From NCBI GenBank assembly GCA_048013815.1, contig CM106586.1, positions 16,058,001 through 16,122,000 of the forward strand: a stretch of 64,000 bases of DNA, written 5' to 3'. A program made the position numbers and the translations under genes. This DNA is from Setoptus koraiensis. Lineage: Eukaryota; Animalia; Arthropoda. This document shows positions 23,743 through 37,458 of the stretch, one piece after another (positions within the stretch are counted from its first letter, which is position 1; each line of letters opens with the position of its first letter). Below the pieces are notes generated by a model that had not been told where the DNA came from, ran no database searches, and worked only from the letters and a program-made list of their open reading frames with translations.

Positions 23743-24078
23743 ATGTCGGAAGATAAGAATAATGGCTTCAACAGCTCCAGTTCTGGATATTCCACAAATC
23801 AGCAAGGCACCAATTCAACAATGTGCTCGTTGGATAGGGACAATCTGATGGACAACACCGGTAGCGTGCATTCAAACGAGCGTGGAAATTCTGCCAATGA
23901 CAAAATCAAAGCCTATGTAGACTTTAGTCCATTTTACAAGAACGCCGCAATTTACAAGGCAAAATTGGGTCCTCTTAACAATCCCGATACACCTGGCTCA
24001 TTGCTTTCGTCGCCTCAATCGTCAGGGTCAACTGCAACTACGCCAACTTTGGACTCGCCCATGGATCACAACAGATAG
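23743..24078 (+). CDS. Small Ser/Asn-rich hypothetical protein (111 aa)
   Basis: ATG in GCCATG context, protein-like composition; no recognised family. Confidence 0.5.
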   Translation: MSEDKNNGFNSSSSGYSTNQQGTNSTMCSLDRDNLMDNTGSVHSNERGNSANDKIKAYVDFSPFYKNAAIYKAKLGPLNNPDTPGSLLSSPQSSGSTATTPTLDSPMDHNR

Positions 24079-27000
24079 TGTCTCAAAAAATAAGGACACT
24101 TATTCATTTCGTATTACTCGGGGTGTCTGGTTATCCTACCAGAATACCTTTATGGATGTTCCCCCTGCGGCTGGAAATACTTACATGATGAAGCCGTCCG
24201 ATCGTTTTGCGAGAACTACCCTTGATACACATGGATCTTCTCAGAAGATGTGGCTGTGTACCTGGTATAATGAGCGTTACTCAGGGGCAACATTAAGCTG
24301 TGAATTTCATCTTCGATCTCTCACGCTGCCTGGTGTGTGTGTGTGTGTGTGAGCCTCACTGCTAAAATCAAATACCTCGATCGTTATGTTATGTTGCGAA
24401 GATGCGAAGTTTATGCAAATTTCCAAGTAAACGCCCTAAAATAGGCCAATAATGACGACGGTAGAGTGATCGATGGCCGTCATTGTCATATTGTCATCAC
24501 GTTTGATTGTGTAAATTGATTGCCTATTTAGTGATAGTAGCAGTGTCGTTTCTCGCTTGCTCTTCTTTTTTCCTTCTCTGTGTTGTTGTCCTCGACTATT
24601 TGTTTGTCGTTATCAGAAGTTTACTCGTGTTCACATGGCTCCCCAACTGGACTGCCAAAATAACAATAGCATCAGTGTATGTGCCCTTGTGCTGTTGTAT
24701 TGGCCCCTTCAAAAGTCAAACATCTAAAACAAATCGGTGTTTGCAGCAACAGTATCCAACAATGTCGCAGCCTCGAAATACTTCTTCTTCTTCGGATCGG
24801 TGTATAATGCTGGAGGTCACCAATAAAAATGTCACCATCATTGGGTCCTATCAACCCAAAAGAACAGCAACATGGACACTATGGTGTTTGTCGCTCCTCA
24901 AGTTATCTTCTCTAATCAACTTCAAGACGAGCTTCACCATGTCTCTGTTGGTGTAATAAATAATGATCACACCCATTGCATCGCTCACTCTACCTACCGT
25001 TTGAAGGCCACAGAATGCCACGGGCACTATAGATACGAGCACGCTATAGACGGTGTGATATACCGTTGTGGGCTATCGCATCACGCCAGCGATGACACAC
25101 CAAATGGGATGGTATTGTGTCGATGATGATGATTCATTAGAGTACTATTTATCATTACTTGGGGTCACCACGAGCAACCACACACACCATTCTGCGCAAT
25201 ATTGGGCACGTGACAACAATGAACACTTGGTTTCCATCTCAGTCAATGGGGCCCGTTTGGGTGTTTGAATGCTCTCGATGCAAGATTGCGAGTTTAGCCC
25301 CGGTTGTTAGTGGGCCTCAGGGCGTTGAAAAGAGAGAAATCTGTTTGTGTCAGCTGAATTGAGCAAGGCAAACAAATGGCTCACCCATCTATTGAACATG
25401 ACTCGTTTCGAGATGCCAGATTCACAGTATTCTCCTCTGAGATTTGCCTATTCTCGCATTGTATTGTAGTGGCGAAGCAAGAATGTCCTCTCAGGCCCGT
25501 CTCGTAATTTGTTGGCGCTGAGGTGAGTGCCAGAACAACAACGACAACAACATACCTTGTTACTGTGTCGTTTGTATATGTGTTTACCCTGTCGCAGCGA
25601 ACATCAAAAGACAAACAACGTGAGCAAAAGAATTTCAGAGTTTCACTGGTTTAGGTGGCTTGACCATTGTTGCCCAAGACTGATTGATTATTCAGCTAAT
25701 TTTATTTTTGTTGAGCTAATAATGAGACGTTGCTACTAGTGGTGGTGCTGGTGGTGCTTTCTTTTCACTGGCCACAGTAGAGAGCATTCTCGACTCAGAG
25801 TAATGATCGATCAACAACAGCAGCAGCTACGACAAATAATAACTCGGAGGCCCCACTTACTACAGCGGGGCTTACTACAAATGAGCAGCGAGCCTTACCG
25901 GCAACGACAAAATGTGTGAAATGTCAGGCCTCCAACTGTGGTATACTTAAGTGAATAATGGGCAAGCCAAAAAGAATGGAAACACACAATGGCCCATTCA
26001 CTTTTACCCGAAGTGTTACCCGATTGAATATGATATCAGCAGCAGCAACAGCAATGGAGGTGGCTGCTTCTATTAGAATAACGAGGACACACACAAATAA
26101 TAAGCAACTGTCAACAACAATTGTCTCTTTTCTTGTCAGTAAAACTAATATGGCCTAATAGAACAAATTCGATCATTTTCCTCTCAGCTGGAGCTCCAAC
26201 TCACCATCTAAACTTAAGTTGTGTTATTATATATGGGCCTGAAAGTTTGCTTTGTATGCTCCATCTGATAGGCATAATAGGTACAAAGGATAATATAATA
26301 ATAGGTGGTCTCTGGAAGTATTTGGTGCAATAGTAACAACAATCTAGTTGCGATGGATCTAGTTGATCCAACGATAGATCCAACGAGTAGGCTTGATCTG
26401 TGAATGAATCTTATTTCTAATACCATGTATTGCAAGTGTTTCCACAAACACAGTCGTAGTAGGTGTAGTGTTGCCACTAGTGACGCTGACGACGGCCATG
26501 GCTAGTAACAGAAGTTGTATTCGGAAATGCGATATGCGAAATCAAATAAAATCACAGAACAATTGTTTGGGTTGCAAAAAGCAACAGCCAAAGTCACAGA
26601 TAGTGAAAGAGATTGATTGCAATCCATAGGTGCTCTAACAACAACAAAACAATTGGCAATTTCCAATATTGCCAGCACCCACAGCTCCCTATTCTGCCCT
26701 GATAACAATTCGCAACTAGCATCTATGGCATAGCATATCATGACCAGCAGGGCTTATGGCACTGTATTACTGGCCGGTCGGCCGGCCGGCCGGAACCATC
26801 TATCACCACCTATATGCGCAACAACCAACAATCGCAATAACATTAATGCTGCCTACCGTTCTAACATTAACATTATTGTTGCTGTTCGTTCACTGGCTAA
26901 TATGGTGCCCCATCTATATATCAAGTCTCATTAGTACAATGACTATTGTTCAATTACAGTTGGCTACATATTAAATAGTGCCCTGTCCTATATAATTCAC

Positions 27001-27339
27001 ACTTTATATCACGTTAATATGCCAGCATGCTGCTGATGTATAACGGATGGAACAGTTGTCGACAACTCTACTCAACGGGGCCAACAGCAGCGGCACCAAC
27101 AATAATAACAATAACAATAACGACAACAGCAACAGCGCTAACAACGATGGCAACGATAACAAAATGGAGCTCCATCAAGTAGTCGCAGCGGCAAAAGTCA
27201 TATGCAGACGAACGCCAGTGGATAAGTTATATTCACACTGTGCCAACGGACCACTTAGATTGGGAGTAGGCTGGCCGGCTCGGGCAACACAATATGCTGC
27301 GGGAGAATGGGGCCTTTCTTGAAGAGATAATTCTCCCTG

Positions 27340-27341
<2 letters not shown>

Positions 27342-27383
<42 letters not shown>
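27342..27383. repeat. (CT)n microsatellite
   Basis: Direct reading. Confidence 0.95.
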
Positions 27384-27388
<5 letters not shown>

Positions 27389-30300
27389 TAAGTCTTCCTT
27401 TGAGCATGTCAGCGGGCTCCTGTCAGAGACTTTTGTACTGCTAGTATTACGCAAATCGTTTGGATTACGTAATGTATCAACATCATGGTGCCGGTGCGTA
27501 TAAACTGCGCCATACATCACATAACCGTGATGCATCACACACGTATAACAACGGCCGGGCCCCCACACAAACATCCTATATGTTGTTGTTGTTGTTGCTC
27601 CAAGTGCCCACTCTACCGCTCTTCGGCTATAGGTGTGCACGACGGTGGTGATGATTTTAGCTAACATGACGACTGATTTAAAAGCAACAAACAGGAGAAG
27701 AAACAGTTTGTTTGTAGGCTCGAAGCATGTTAACAACAACACATTGGACATTAGTCAACAGGCAGAACAGATTAGAAATCAATAGTGTAAGTTGGCGCAA
27801 TATTAATATAGTCTACCAACACTACCAGCAATGCATGCGACGACCACCACCACCACCACGACCGCTGCCACTGCCACTGCCACTGGAGAGTACATGTATA
27901 TGAACTGTGATAAACTTGATACAGATTACATTTAATGGGCACGCTGTTCCGTGGTGACTTAATCCAGCATTACATCATTTATACAACAATGAATGTAACA
28001 ACACCACCAACAACAACAACAACGCGGATTAACCGGTTTGCTTGTTGGAGCCGCTGGCCACACTGTGTCGCGAACATGGTGTTCGTCTGGCAATTGTCCA
28101 ATTATGTCCATTGGACAATTGGCAAAGTTTCAGCCAGCAACAATCTGGCTTCGCTCGATCGTTTGATGTTGGATGGCTCGACCAGGACACCATCAGATCA
28201 ATCAATATGGTGCCCATGATAAATATGCACCTTTGTCACCAAAAGCGATGCGACATATGAACGGGCGACCTAATGGAGCCGCACAATCGAGAAACAATCG
28301 ACCTATAGGCACCATATCAAACATCAGTGATTGTTCATGGTCGATCAATTGTCACCAACACTGTCTTAAATAAACCGTTCAATCTTGCTCGCTTGCACGC
28401 ATTCTTTTCGCTTGTTTGCAACTGTTGCCACTGAACCAACCAGACCATTTAACAGCAGAGGTGCGATTGACCAGGTAATCAACCAGGTATTGGCTTGCGG
28501 GTGTGCATATGCTAATTTACTGGCAATGATTCGAGCCATTGGCGAAAATTTTGTCTTCACGAGCGTGAAATGATTCTGTTGTCCAGTTAGTTAATTTGCA
28601 CACATTCATGCTAGTGCTACATATATGTATAAATACATGGAGATTTAGTAAATATGTGGGCTCGCTTGTTTGCTCTGGTGCGCGTCATTGAACAACAACA
28701 TGGGACGCATCAATGTTTCGTGTCCATTTTCATGTTGTTGTCCCGGACTCATGCAAATGAGATGGATACCCAATGATAATTGACCCATAATAATTGTGAC
28801 TACTGTTATTATTAAATTTAATCAAATAGGCGCACAAACACGGATTTGGCCAGAACAAACATATGAACGCTGGTAACTAGCGAATTCCCTCTTTTTCTCT
28901 CGTGCGTGTATATTTCGGGTGTGTGTATGTGTATGCCCATTGTAACGGATAATTGACATGGAAAGAACCTACACCTAAACAACAAAAGAGATACCGATAG
29001 TTTACCTTTTAAATGATTTAATCCATGCATTGTTGCACACATACACACATGCCATCTCCAACTATTGCCGGCCGACAATGGCGATATTTTCAGGGGTGTG
29101 AGAGATGTCCAGTGTAGAAGTACCAATATCACCGGTGTCAGGTCGGTATGGGCACACGGGGGCACATATACACAATCAATGAAGCCTGTGTAATTGATGA
29201 TTATCATCACAGTAACCATATTAGCCATAGGTAGTATTAGTAATCGATACGTGTGCTGTTGTCACCAATTTCGCATATAGAACCAACACTAAACAATAAA
29301 TTGTTGGTGTCAGTCTCAGAGGTGTGAGCATGTGTGTGTGATGACGGCAATCATTAACTATTCATAAACTATATTATAGTATTTATCACTTATACATTAT
29401 TAGATTTTCACATTAGCATTGCACACTGGCAATGATATATATCCATGGGTATCCTGCCTTGCAAGTGTGGTGATCGATTGCTGGCCATGATCGCCAATGA
29501 TGGGCCATGTAAGTATTCGCGGCTCCTCATTTTGTTCAATTCGGTTTCAACGAACAACGAGTGGCCCTCTCTCTCTCTCTATCGATATCGATAGAATCCT
29601 TCGTGCTTGTAAGTAGGGATTTGGGCTACCACTATATCGGCATTGCTACTGCAAACACAACTTCTCTCGTTGCCAGTTTCAAGTCCAGTTCTCGAGTTGG
29701 ATTCAATTCAACTCGATGGTCCTCTCCTCTGAGTACACACCGTTCGCCCTGCATGCAGATTGGCTCTTCTTTATTGGATATCTGTCAACTACTCGTAGCA
29801 GCTAGTGCCGATGATGGCAAAAGTTTCATGGTGACGATTAAACACAAATAGCTCACTCTTGATATCATACCGTGCGCACATGCAGCCAGCTCAATGGGGG
29901 CACTCAGGCCCGTGTAGTTTATGGATATAATGTTTGGTGTGCATTGTGAAATACTCAGCAGGATGATGATCATGCCCTCAAATTAATACCAAATCTCTTG
30001 TTGCTGTCGTGTCCGTTTTCTCAATTTGTCCGTTACCAAAGCGATTTGGTTTGCGCGTTCAATTCAAGCTTATATGATACGAGTCGTATACGTGTGATGC
30101 ATGGAGCCCACATTATGAAGTCCATACCATGCGAAAATGAGACATTGTGAGGCGTGCCACCGCCGCCGCTATAGGCCGGTGATGATTATCCTGTGTTTAT
30201 TAATGTCTATTAACGGACAGATGTGTGCTGCTCGCAAACCAGAGTCGACAAGAGGAAAAAAGCAAGCAGCAAAGAAACGATAATAAGATGCTTCTTTGCT

Positions 30301-32053
30301 CTAGGTGTTGAAGTGGGCATTCTACCGGCGTTTTGCTCGAGCAACTTTTAAGCTTTGAGGAAATACATTGTACATTTTGTGTTTTGCTGATGCCACTAGT
30401 GCCACCGGTGCTACTGGCGCTACTGACAGTAGTTCATTTGATCAAACAGTTGACAACACAACACAACAACAACAACAATAACAATGGTCACAGTTTTAAT
30501 ACTATAATGTCACAACAATGGCCCCCACTGATTGTAATGATCCGGCTGTTGTTGTTGTCCATGATTATAATGGTAATAATATTAATGATCCATAATGATC
30601 CATCCAATGCACGCCAGACCATTTGTCGCCTCGTTGTCACCCATTCAGTGGCGCGACTGGTCGTTCGGTCAATCGGTTGGTCGGTCAGTGTCCCCGTGCG
30701 CGTTGGCTAATAAATTGAGATTGATTTACATTGATAATAATAATAATAATAGAATTAAACTGAATTAAATCATTAGGTTACATGGTCGTCATGTTGCGGC
30801 ACCGAGCAACTTTTGTGCACAATGACATGATCAACAATGGTCACGCTTGTCCGGGCGCGCACCCATTTCACGCCTCTAACCGGTTGTAAAATCACCTCCA
30901 CCGGTGTAGAGAAAATGCACGACAAGAATACAAGAAATTGTCTAAAATAAGTTGGGCACTTAGTTTTAGAAAAATAGTTTTTTTTTCAGCAAAATTAACA
31001 AAATTAACACTGGCCACTTCCACTCGGAACGACGCCTGCCACGACAAAATGGGGTCCGTTGTTTAGAGCCACTGCCGCCGGCGGCACTCGTGTATCGAGT
31101 CTCACAAAACAATGGCGGCCTCCGTCGTACTTGTTGCGATGCTGCCTCACTACTTTTGGCAAATACTTTCAGGCGAAGACCGCGAGAGGCGCTGCAAGGC
31201 ACGAGAAATGACTGAATGTCGCGTTATGCTGCGTCGCGATCAACGCAGACGATTGAATGTAGCCAACGCATCTCTGGCCACCTTGATTGGGGCGCAAACA
31301 TACACTTCACAGTCAGTATGTAGAGTGGACTGGACATGGTCAGTTGCTGGCTGAACAGATTGTGACTCGCGGTCAGTGCCAATACAAATTGTATTATACA
31401 ATGCGATTTATGTGGGACGCAAATGACGCTCTACGACAGATTACGCGTACTACAAAAAGATGGTCCAATTGCGCCAGTGGCTTTGCTGTGCGCGCGACAT
31501 TATCGTGCAGCAGTTCGTCGTCTGCACACACAATGCTGCACTGCTGCGCGCTACTAGGCCAGTGCAGCATAACGTAGCATTGTTTACTAGGTCAAGACCG
31601 CTGCAGTTCGCGAAGCGCACACCGCTCAAAAGTAGGCCACGCACGCTGCTGTATCTAGCGGCTGTCGTGTGCTGCACTGTGTGTTAGCGTGCGAGGGGCG
31701 CCTCTTTGCTGACTTTGTGAGGCACGCTGACTGTGTGTCTGTGTGTGTGTGCGTGTGCCTTGCTAGCCCAATACTGGGGGTGAGCACAGCCAGCCAGCGC
31801 GACAATATACCTTTGCCCGCCCCCTAGATTTGCAGCGACCCCGTTACCGTTCGAATAACACAAGTGCAATCACATGTTTTAATTATCAGTATCACTATTA
31901 TTAATATTAATTGATCTTATTAATATTAACAAAACCTCTGTAACATTTGTAAAACATACCGTCTGAAGCACAAATATCAGACACATGAATACAATATTCC
32001 ACCGACGCAACGATTATCAGCGACATTAATCAACAAAAACCATCAGTGTCAAA

Positions 32054-33886
32054 ATGTCCTTCTACAGAGCAGGCTTTGTGCTGGTGGGTGCCTACGCTTT
32101 GAAGCTCAATAGTCAATACCAGCAACTAGACAGTGACAATCTTCTACAGTCCACCGACGCCAGTTTAAGACCGTTGCGTAAAGCAACTTTCAAAGCATTA
32201 CCAAGCAGAGAATCTCAAATAAATGCGCTCAAAACTAAACAATTAGACGTGCTAGTAATAGGTGGTGGCGCTACAGGATGCGGTATAGCCCTGGATGCTG
32301 CCACCAGAGGACTTCAAACGGGTCTAGTTGACTTGGACGATTTTGCCAGTGGAGCGTCAAGTAAATCAACCAAGCTCATACATGGCGGTGTCAGATATCT
32401 ACAGAAGGCAATATTCAATTTAGACTACGAACAATTTCATATGGTTCGCGAAGCACTACGCGAACGAGCCAATTTACTCGAGATAGCGCCACATTTGTCC
32501 GCACCATTGCCTATTATGCTGCCAGTTTACAAATGGTACCTTGTACCTTGGTATTGGGCCGGCTTGAAGGCCTATGATCTAGTTGCCGGAAGAAGGAATC
32601 TCAAATCCAGTTACTATCTTGGCCCTAAGAGGGCTCTTGAATTGTTTCCTATGCTCAAGAAAGAAAATCTCTGCGGAGCCATCGTTTATTATGACGGTGC
32701 TCATAACGACTCTAGAATGTGCCTATCGATTGGAATCACAGCGGCAAGATACGGTGCACATGTCGCAAATCATGTTGCTGTCACATCACTAGTTAAAGAT
32801 CCAAAAACTCAAAAGCTTGTAGGCGCTAAGGTGCGCGATCAACTTAGCGGCCAAGAATGGACAATCAAAGCCAAATGTATAGTTAATGCCACGGGACCCC
32901 ATACTGATTCTATAAGACAGATGGATGATCCAAAAGTTCAGAAGATTTGCGAGCCCAGTAGTGGTACACATATTGTACTGCCTGGTTATTATAGCCCAGA
33001 ATCTATGGGTCTTTTAGATCCGATGGCTAAAGACGGCCGTGTAATATTCTTTTTGCCATGGCAAAAGTATACAATAGCGGGAACAACCGACGATTCGTGC
33101 GAGCCATCATTTAATCCTTCGCCCACTGAACACGATATTCAGTTCATTTTACAAGAAGTGAGAAATTATTTAGCGCCTGAAATAGAGGTTCGGCGTAGTG
33201 ATGTTTTAGCCGCTTGGACAGGCATAAGGCCTCTGGTAAGGGATCCATCAAAGCCAAATACCGAGTCTTTATCGCGGAATCACGTTGTACACGTTAGTGA
33301 GAGTGGTCTCGTGACAGTGGCTGGCGGCAAGTGGACCACTTATAGGCAAATGGCAGAGGACGCTGTCGACACTATCATCACTACTCATGATGTTCAACCA
33401 GAACGCGGTTGTCAGACTATAGGATTGGTTTTAGAGGGTGGAGAGCAATGGACACCTACTTTGTATATTGAACTAGTGCAAGATTTCGGCTTCGAACCAG
33501 AGGTTGCACGAAACTTGGCCGAAAGTTATGGCGATAGGGCTTTTGCCGTTGCCAAACTCGCCAAGCCTACCGGTAAGAAGTGGCCTCAAACTGGTGTGAG
33601 AATTCATTCTGAGTTACCGTACATTGAAGCAGAAGTTAGATTTGCAGTTAGAGAATATGCTGCTACAGCGACAGATGTGATAGCGAGGCGATTGCGTCTG
33701 TCATTTTTAAATGCTCGTGCCGCCGAGGAAGCTTTACAGACCATAGTGGACATAATGGCCACTGAATTAAACTGGAGCAAACAAGAAAAAAAGAAGCAAT
33801 TGCAGAATGCTATGACTTTCCTAGAAACGGAGATGGGCTTACATAAAAATATCTACGATGAACATAGTAAAAGGCATCAACACTGA
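32054..33886 (+). CDS. GPD2: Mitochondrial FAD-dependent glycerol-3-phosphate dehydrogenase, intronless, lacking the EF-hand tail
   Basis: VIGGGATG FAD motif, STKLIHGGVRYL, GGKWTTYR and DVIARRLRL. Confidence 0.97.
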   Translation: MSFYRAGFVLVGAYALKLNSQYQQLDSDNLLQSTDASLRPLRKATFKALPSRESQINALKTKQLDVLVIGGGATGCGIALDAATRGLQTGLVDLDDFASGASSKSTKLIHGGVRYLQKAIFNLDYEQFHMVREALRERANLLEIAPHLSAPLPIMLPVYKWYLVPWYWAGLKAYDLVAGRRNLKSSYYLGPKRALELFPMLKKENLCGAIVYYDGAHNDSRMCLSIGITAARYGAHVANHVAVTSLVKDPKTQKLVGAKVRDQLSGQEWTIKAKCIVNATGPHTDSIRQMDDPKVQKICEPSSGTHIVLPGYYSPESMGLLDPMAKDGRVIFFLPWQKYTIAGTTDDSCEPSFNPSPTEHDIQFILQEVRNYLAPEIEVRRSDVLAAWTGIRPLVRDPSKPNTESLSRNHVVHVSESGLVTVAGGKWTTYRQMAEDAVDTIITTHDVQPERGCQTIGLVLEGGEQWTPTLYIELVQDFGFEPEVARNLAESYGDRAFAVAKLAKPTGKKWPQTGVRIHSELPYIEAEVRFAVREYAATATDVIARRLRLSFLNARAAEEALQTIVDIMATELNWSKQEKKKQLQNAMTFLETEMGLHKNIYDEHSKRHQH

Positions 33887-34285
33887 GATCAATCATCACA
33901 CTCCACAGATGCTGCCTGTTGTGTATAATGCAAATTTCTAATCTAATGCAATCATGATGACATTTTGTTAATTACAATAAAAGAATTCTATATATTCTGA
34001 CCGACACATTCTTAAGATCATTATGAGAAGCTTAAGTTCAATTAGTATTTTTTTCTATGATTTTCAGCATCGAGTTAATAAATGCTGATAGGTGGTGGCT
34101 TTTTGTTCTTATATACACATCTTCCTTGCTTCATTCAGTAAATCCGACTCGCGATGATAGTAACGACCATACTCGACCACTTTCAGTGATTGCTCTGATC
34201 AGGATTATGCACGTATATTTGACTTGAATTTCACTGGTATTTGTTGCTTCTTCGTCAATATTTACTCGATTTCGGACAAGAATCA

Positions 34286-37200
34286 TCACTGCCACCATTG
34301 CACCTGGGGGTGCATCAAAGGGTGGGCATAAGCCATGCTAGGCATCATGTGATTGAAGGGCCCAGGCATGCCGGCCCCGTTTGCCACTGAGGTTATGGCA
34401 GCTATTTCAGCCTCTGTAAATTGTTGGGTACCCATGTTGCCTGCAACGTTCTTGAGAGCACTCGCAATGTCGACTTGTTGACGCTGAGCTTGCATTATAT
34501 TTTGTTGTTGAAGGTGCTGTTGTTGTTGTTGCTGTTGTTGCACAATTGCTGTTGCAGCCGACATTGAGTTAGTTTGAGTATTTGCAGTGATGTCAGTGTT
34601 CGAAGTCTGTGATACCGCCGCTGCTAATTGTGTTAATTGATGGCCAGCACCATTAGACACCATTCCAGTGGGCCCGGATTGCTGATGGCCGTTACTGTTG
34701 GTCTGTAGAGAGCTCACCTGATTTGTAGTGTTGGGGATTGTGGCAAAAGAGAGAGCGGCTCGTCGCTTCTGGTCAGCCAACGCTTGATGCATACCATGAG
34801 CATTGACATGGTCATGAGGATGATGGGAACCCAGATGATGGTGTGACGTGTGATGAGTCGAATGTGGATGCATGTGATGGTGATGGGGTAACGAGTGTAA
34901 CAAACTAGATACGGTGGGGCTCCTCTTTTCGTGTCCGGCCCGTTTGGTTTTATAGCGGTGATTTTGGAACCTGACAAAGTTGGAACAGCAAGAATTGTTT
35001 GATTGAGATTAGTTGAACGAAGGATGCGATTGGTGTGGATAAATAACAATAATATAGCACAACAGCTTACTAACACGCCGTAAATCGGAACTGGACACCA
35101 CACTTGGTCGAATGGTTTTGCTCAATCATAAGCGTTACTGTTTGTTTTGCTACTAGCTTTGTTAGAACTCTATGATTTTTGGTTTTGCTCAGATTGGCCT
35201 CAATCACTCATGCGTATGGCATCAAATCAATTATATGAGGATATGAATATATAATGCCAATAACTAATATCGATCGGCTACGACCAACGTGTGATAGTGA
35301 TGTTGCCGACACTTTGTATTTACACAATGACAGTTGTTGAGGATGAGATGGTATTCAAATCGTTCTCAGCAAACATCCACTCCAATGGAGCTGTGCAAAT
35401 GAACTAGTCTGACCATATCAACAGTCACAACTTTGTCAATTGGTCAACTAATGAAACTTAGTCTCCAAACAATAATCTGACCAAACCAAACAAACAGTGC
35501 TTTACTTGTTTGTTTTAAACTACACACATACACACAAAACTGAGAGCTCGAAGCTATGATAATGTCCCCATCAACAACAATACGGCACTCTCTTTTCCCT
35601 CTCTCGCTTACTCTTCCCAGCCCTTTTCAACTTACCATATCTTTACTTGTGTTGCTGTTAACTGGATGCGATTTGCCAATTGCTCACGTTCTGGGGCCGA
35701 CAGGTAGCGCTGTTGATCGAAGCGTCTCTCCAATTCCGTAGTTTGTGACTTGGAAAATAAGACACGCCTCTTCCTTTTTTTACCACCACCACCCTGATGA
35801 TGGTGACTATGATGATGATGGTGTCCTCCGTTGACATTGGAGCCGTTTCCATTTGAGCCCCCGCTCAATGGTGCTCCAATACCGTGGACGTGGCCAGAGG
35901 CTGCGGCAGCAGCAACGGCAGCGGCCGACACAGCGTGCGCTAAATGGTGTTGATTATTATGCTGATGTGTTAGGTGATTTCTGTGGTGATTATGATGACC
36001 GTAGGGACTGTAGTTATTGTTTGTCTGATTGATATTATTTAGATCATTTAAATCACCAGCCGTTGATGATGATATAGATTCGTCAATCGATGATCCACCT
36101 ACTGATGATATTGGTGATGATGATGCCGATTTGTGATGCAATTGACTTGGCAACAATTGCGATGGATGATGTTGTGGTTGATGATGCATAGCAAGATTTT
36201 GATAATTGTTTTGTAGGAGATGCTGCTGCTGTTGTTGATTGACGGCCGCTTGATTTGTCAATTGATGTTGCATCATTGTATTCATCTGATGATGTTGATT
36301 GTGGTGCTGGTGTTGCTGATGATGCGAATTTGCTGCGGGTATTGTGGTGCCTGTTGTGTTGTTAATCAGTGTCGCTTGTTGAATCTGTTGTTGATGATGA
36401 TTGTTCATCATTTGCTGGTGTGATTGTTGCAAAGAAAGCGTCGTGTTCCCCGTTGTGGCTTGCTGATGCATCTGTCCTAATAGGTGATGATGGTTAGCGG
36501 CTGCTATTGGTGAGGCTAGGCCAGAATTGTTTCCATTATTGTTATTAGTACTATTGTTACTATTACTGGTGTTTGAGCCAGTAGCGGAAACAGTTGCGCT
36601 GTTACCAGTGGTTAAATTACTGCTAGTTGAGGCACTTTTTTGGATGGATTTGTGATGTGTTGTTGAGTTGTTGGTGGTTGTTGTGGTTTTCAATGATAAC
36701 GGGTGATTGTGAGATAATAGATTAGTATTGATTTTAAGATTATGATCGCGACGCAATTTGTTGCAATGTTTGTTTCTTTGATAGTTTTGGTTATGTTGGC
36801 TTTGGTGTTGCTGTTGCGATCTGTGCGCTTGCTGGTGACAAGATAATATACTTCTGCTTTTATCTGCCGACCTTTGCTTAACAAGATTATGATGAGAAGA
36901 GGGCGATCTAACGCGATGCTGTTGATCTGGTCGCCGTTGCTGATTACTAGTGGGCCCGGCAGACGAAACGCTATTTTGATTGTTGTTTCTATTATTATTG
37001 TTACTATCATTGTTATTGTTGTTGTGCGATTTAGATTTAGACGTGGACAAATTCAATATATTGTAGACGCTAAACTTAAGCTGCTGTTCTGCTTTAGAAT
37101 CTCCTAGTGTTTTTAAAGTGTTTCTCTCTACAGGGTTGCCCTGTTGGGCATTGTGGTTATCGTGGTGGTGGTGGTCGTCGTCGTCATCTATATTGAGATA

Positions 37201-37458
37201 ATCGCTGTCGGCAGCCTGATCATCGGCGCCACGCAAACGTTGGTTGCGCCTAGCGGCCGTTACTGACACTGAAGATTCTATCGAGGAACAAATTGATGAG
37301 GCTCGCGAGCTTGATCTAGACGACATTGGCGACGATTGGTCGGCATGTCTGTTGCTGGTGCTATTGTTGTTGTTGTCGTCGATTGACAGCAACATTTCGT
37401 CTTGGTCGTCGTCGTCGTCGTTAGACATGGGCGAGGGTGAACGCGCTGCCGGGCTCAT
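34286..37458 (-). CDS. vnd: NK2.2/vnd-class homeodomain transcription factor; exons 35636-37458 and 34286-34970 (835 aa)
   Basis: Homeodomain [10 protein letters not shown]...TQVKIW|[10 protein letters not shown] with Tyr54, split by a phase-2 GTAAG...TTGTCAG intron; eh1/TN-like FSVYNILNL; C-terminal HPL..QWW like Nkx2.2. Confidence 0.93.

Noticed and set aside
26353-26403. Short ORF MDLVDPTIDPTSRLDL resembling tarsal-less/pri peptides
   Set aside because: Lacks the LDPTGxY motif and there are no repeated smORFs.
32054-33886. Intronless, EF-hand-less GPD2 as a bacterial glpD transfer
   Set aside because: N-terminal leader and internal sequence look like animal GPD2, and neighbouring animal genes are intronless too.
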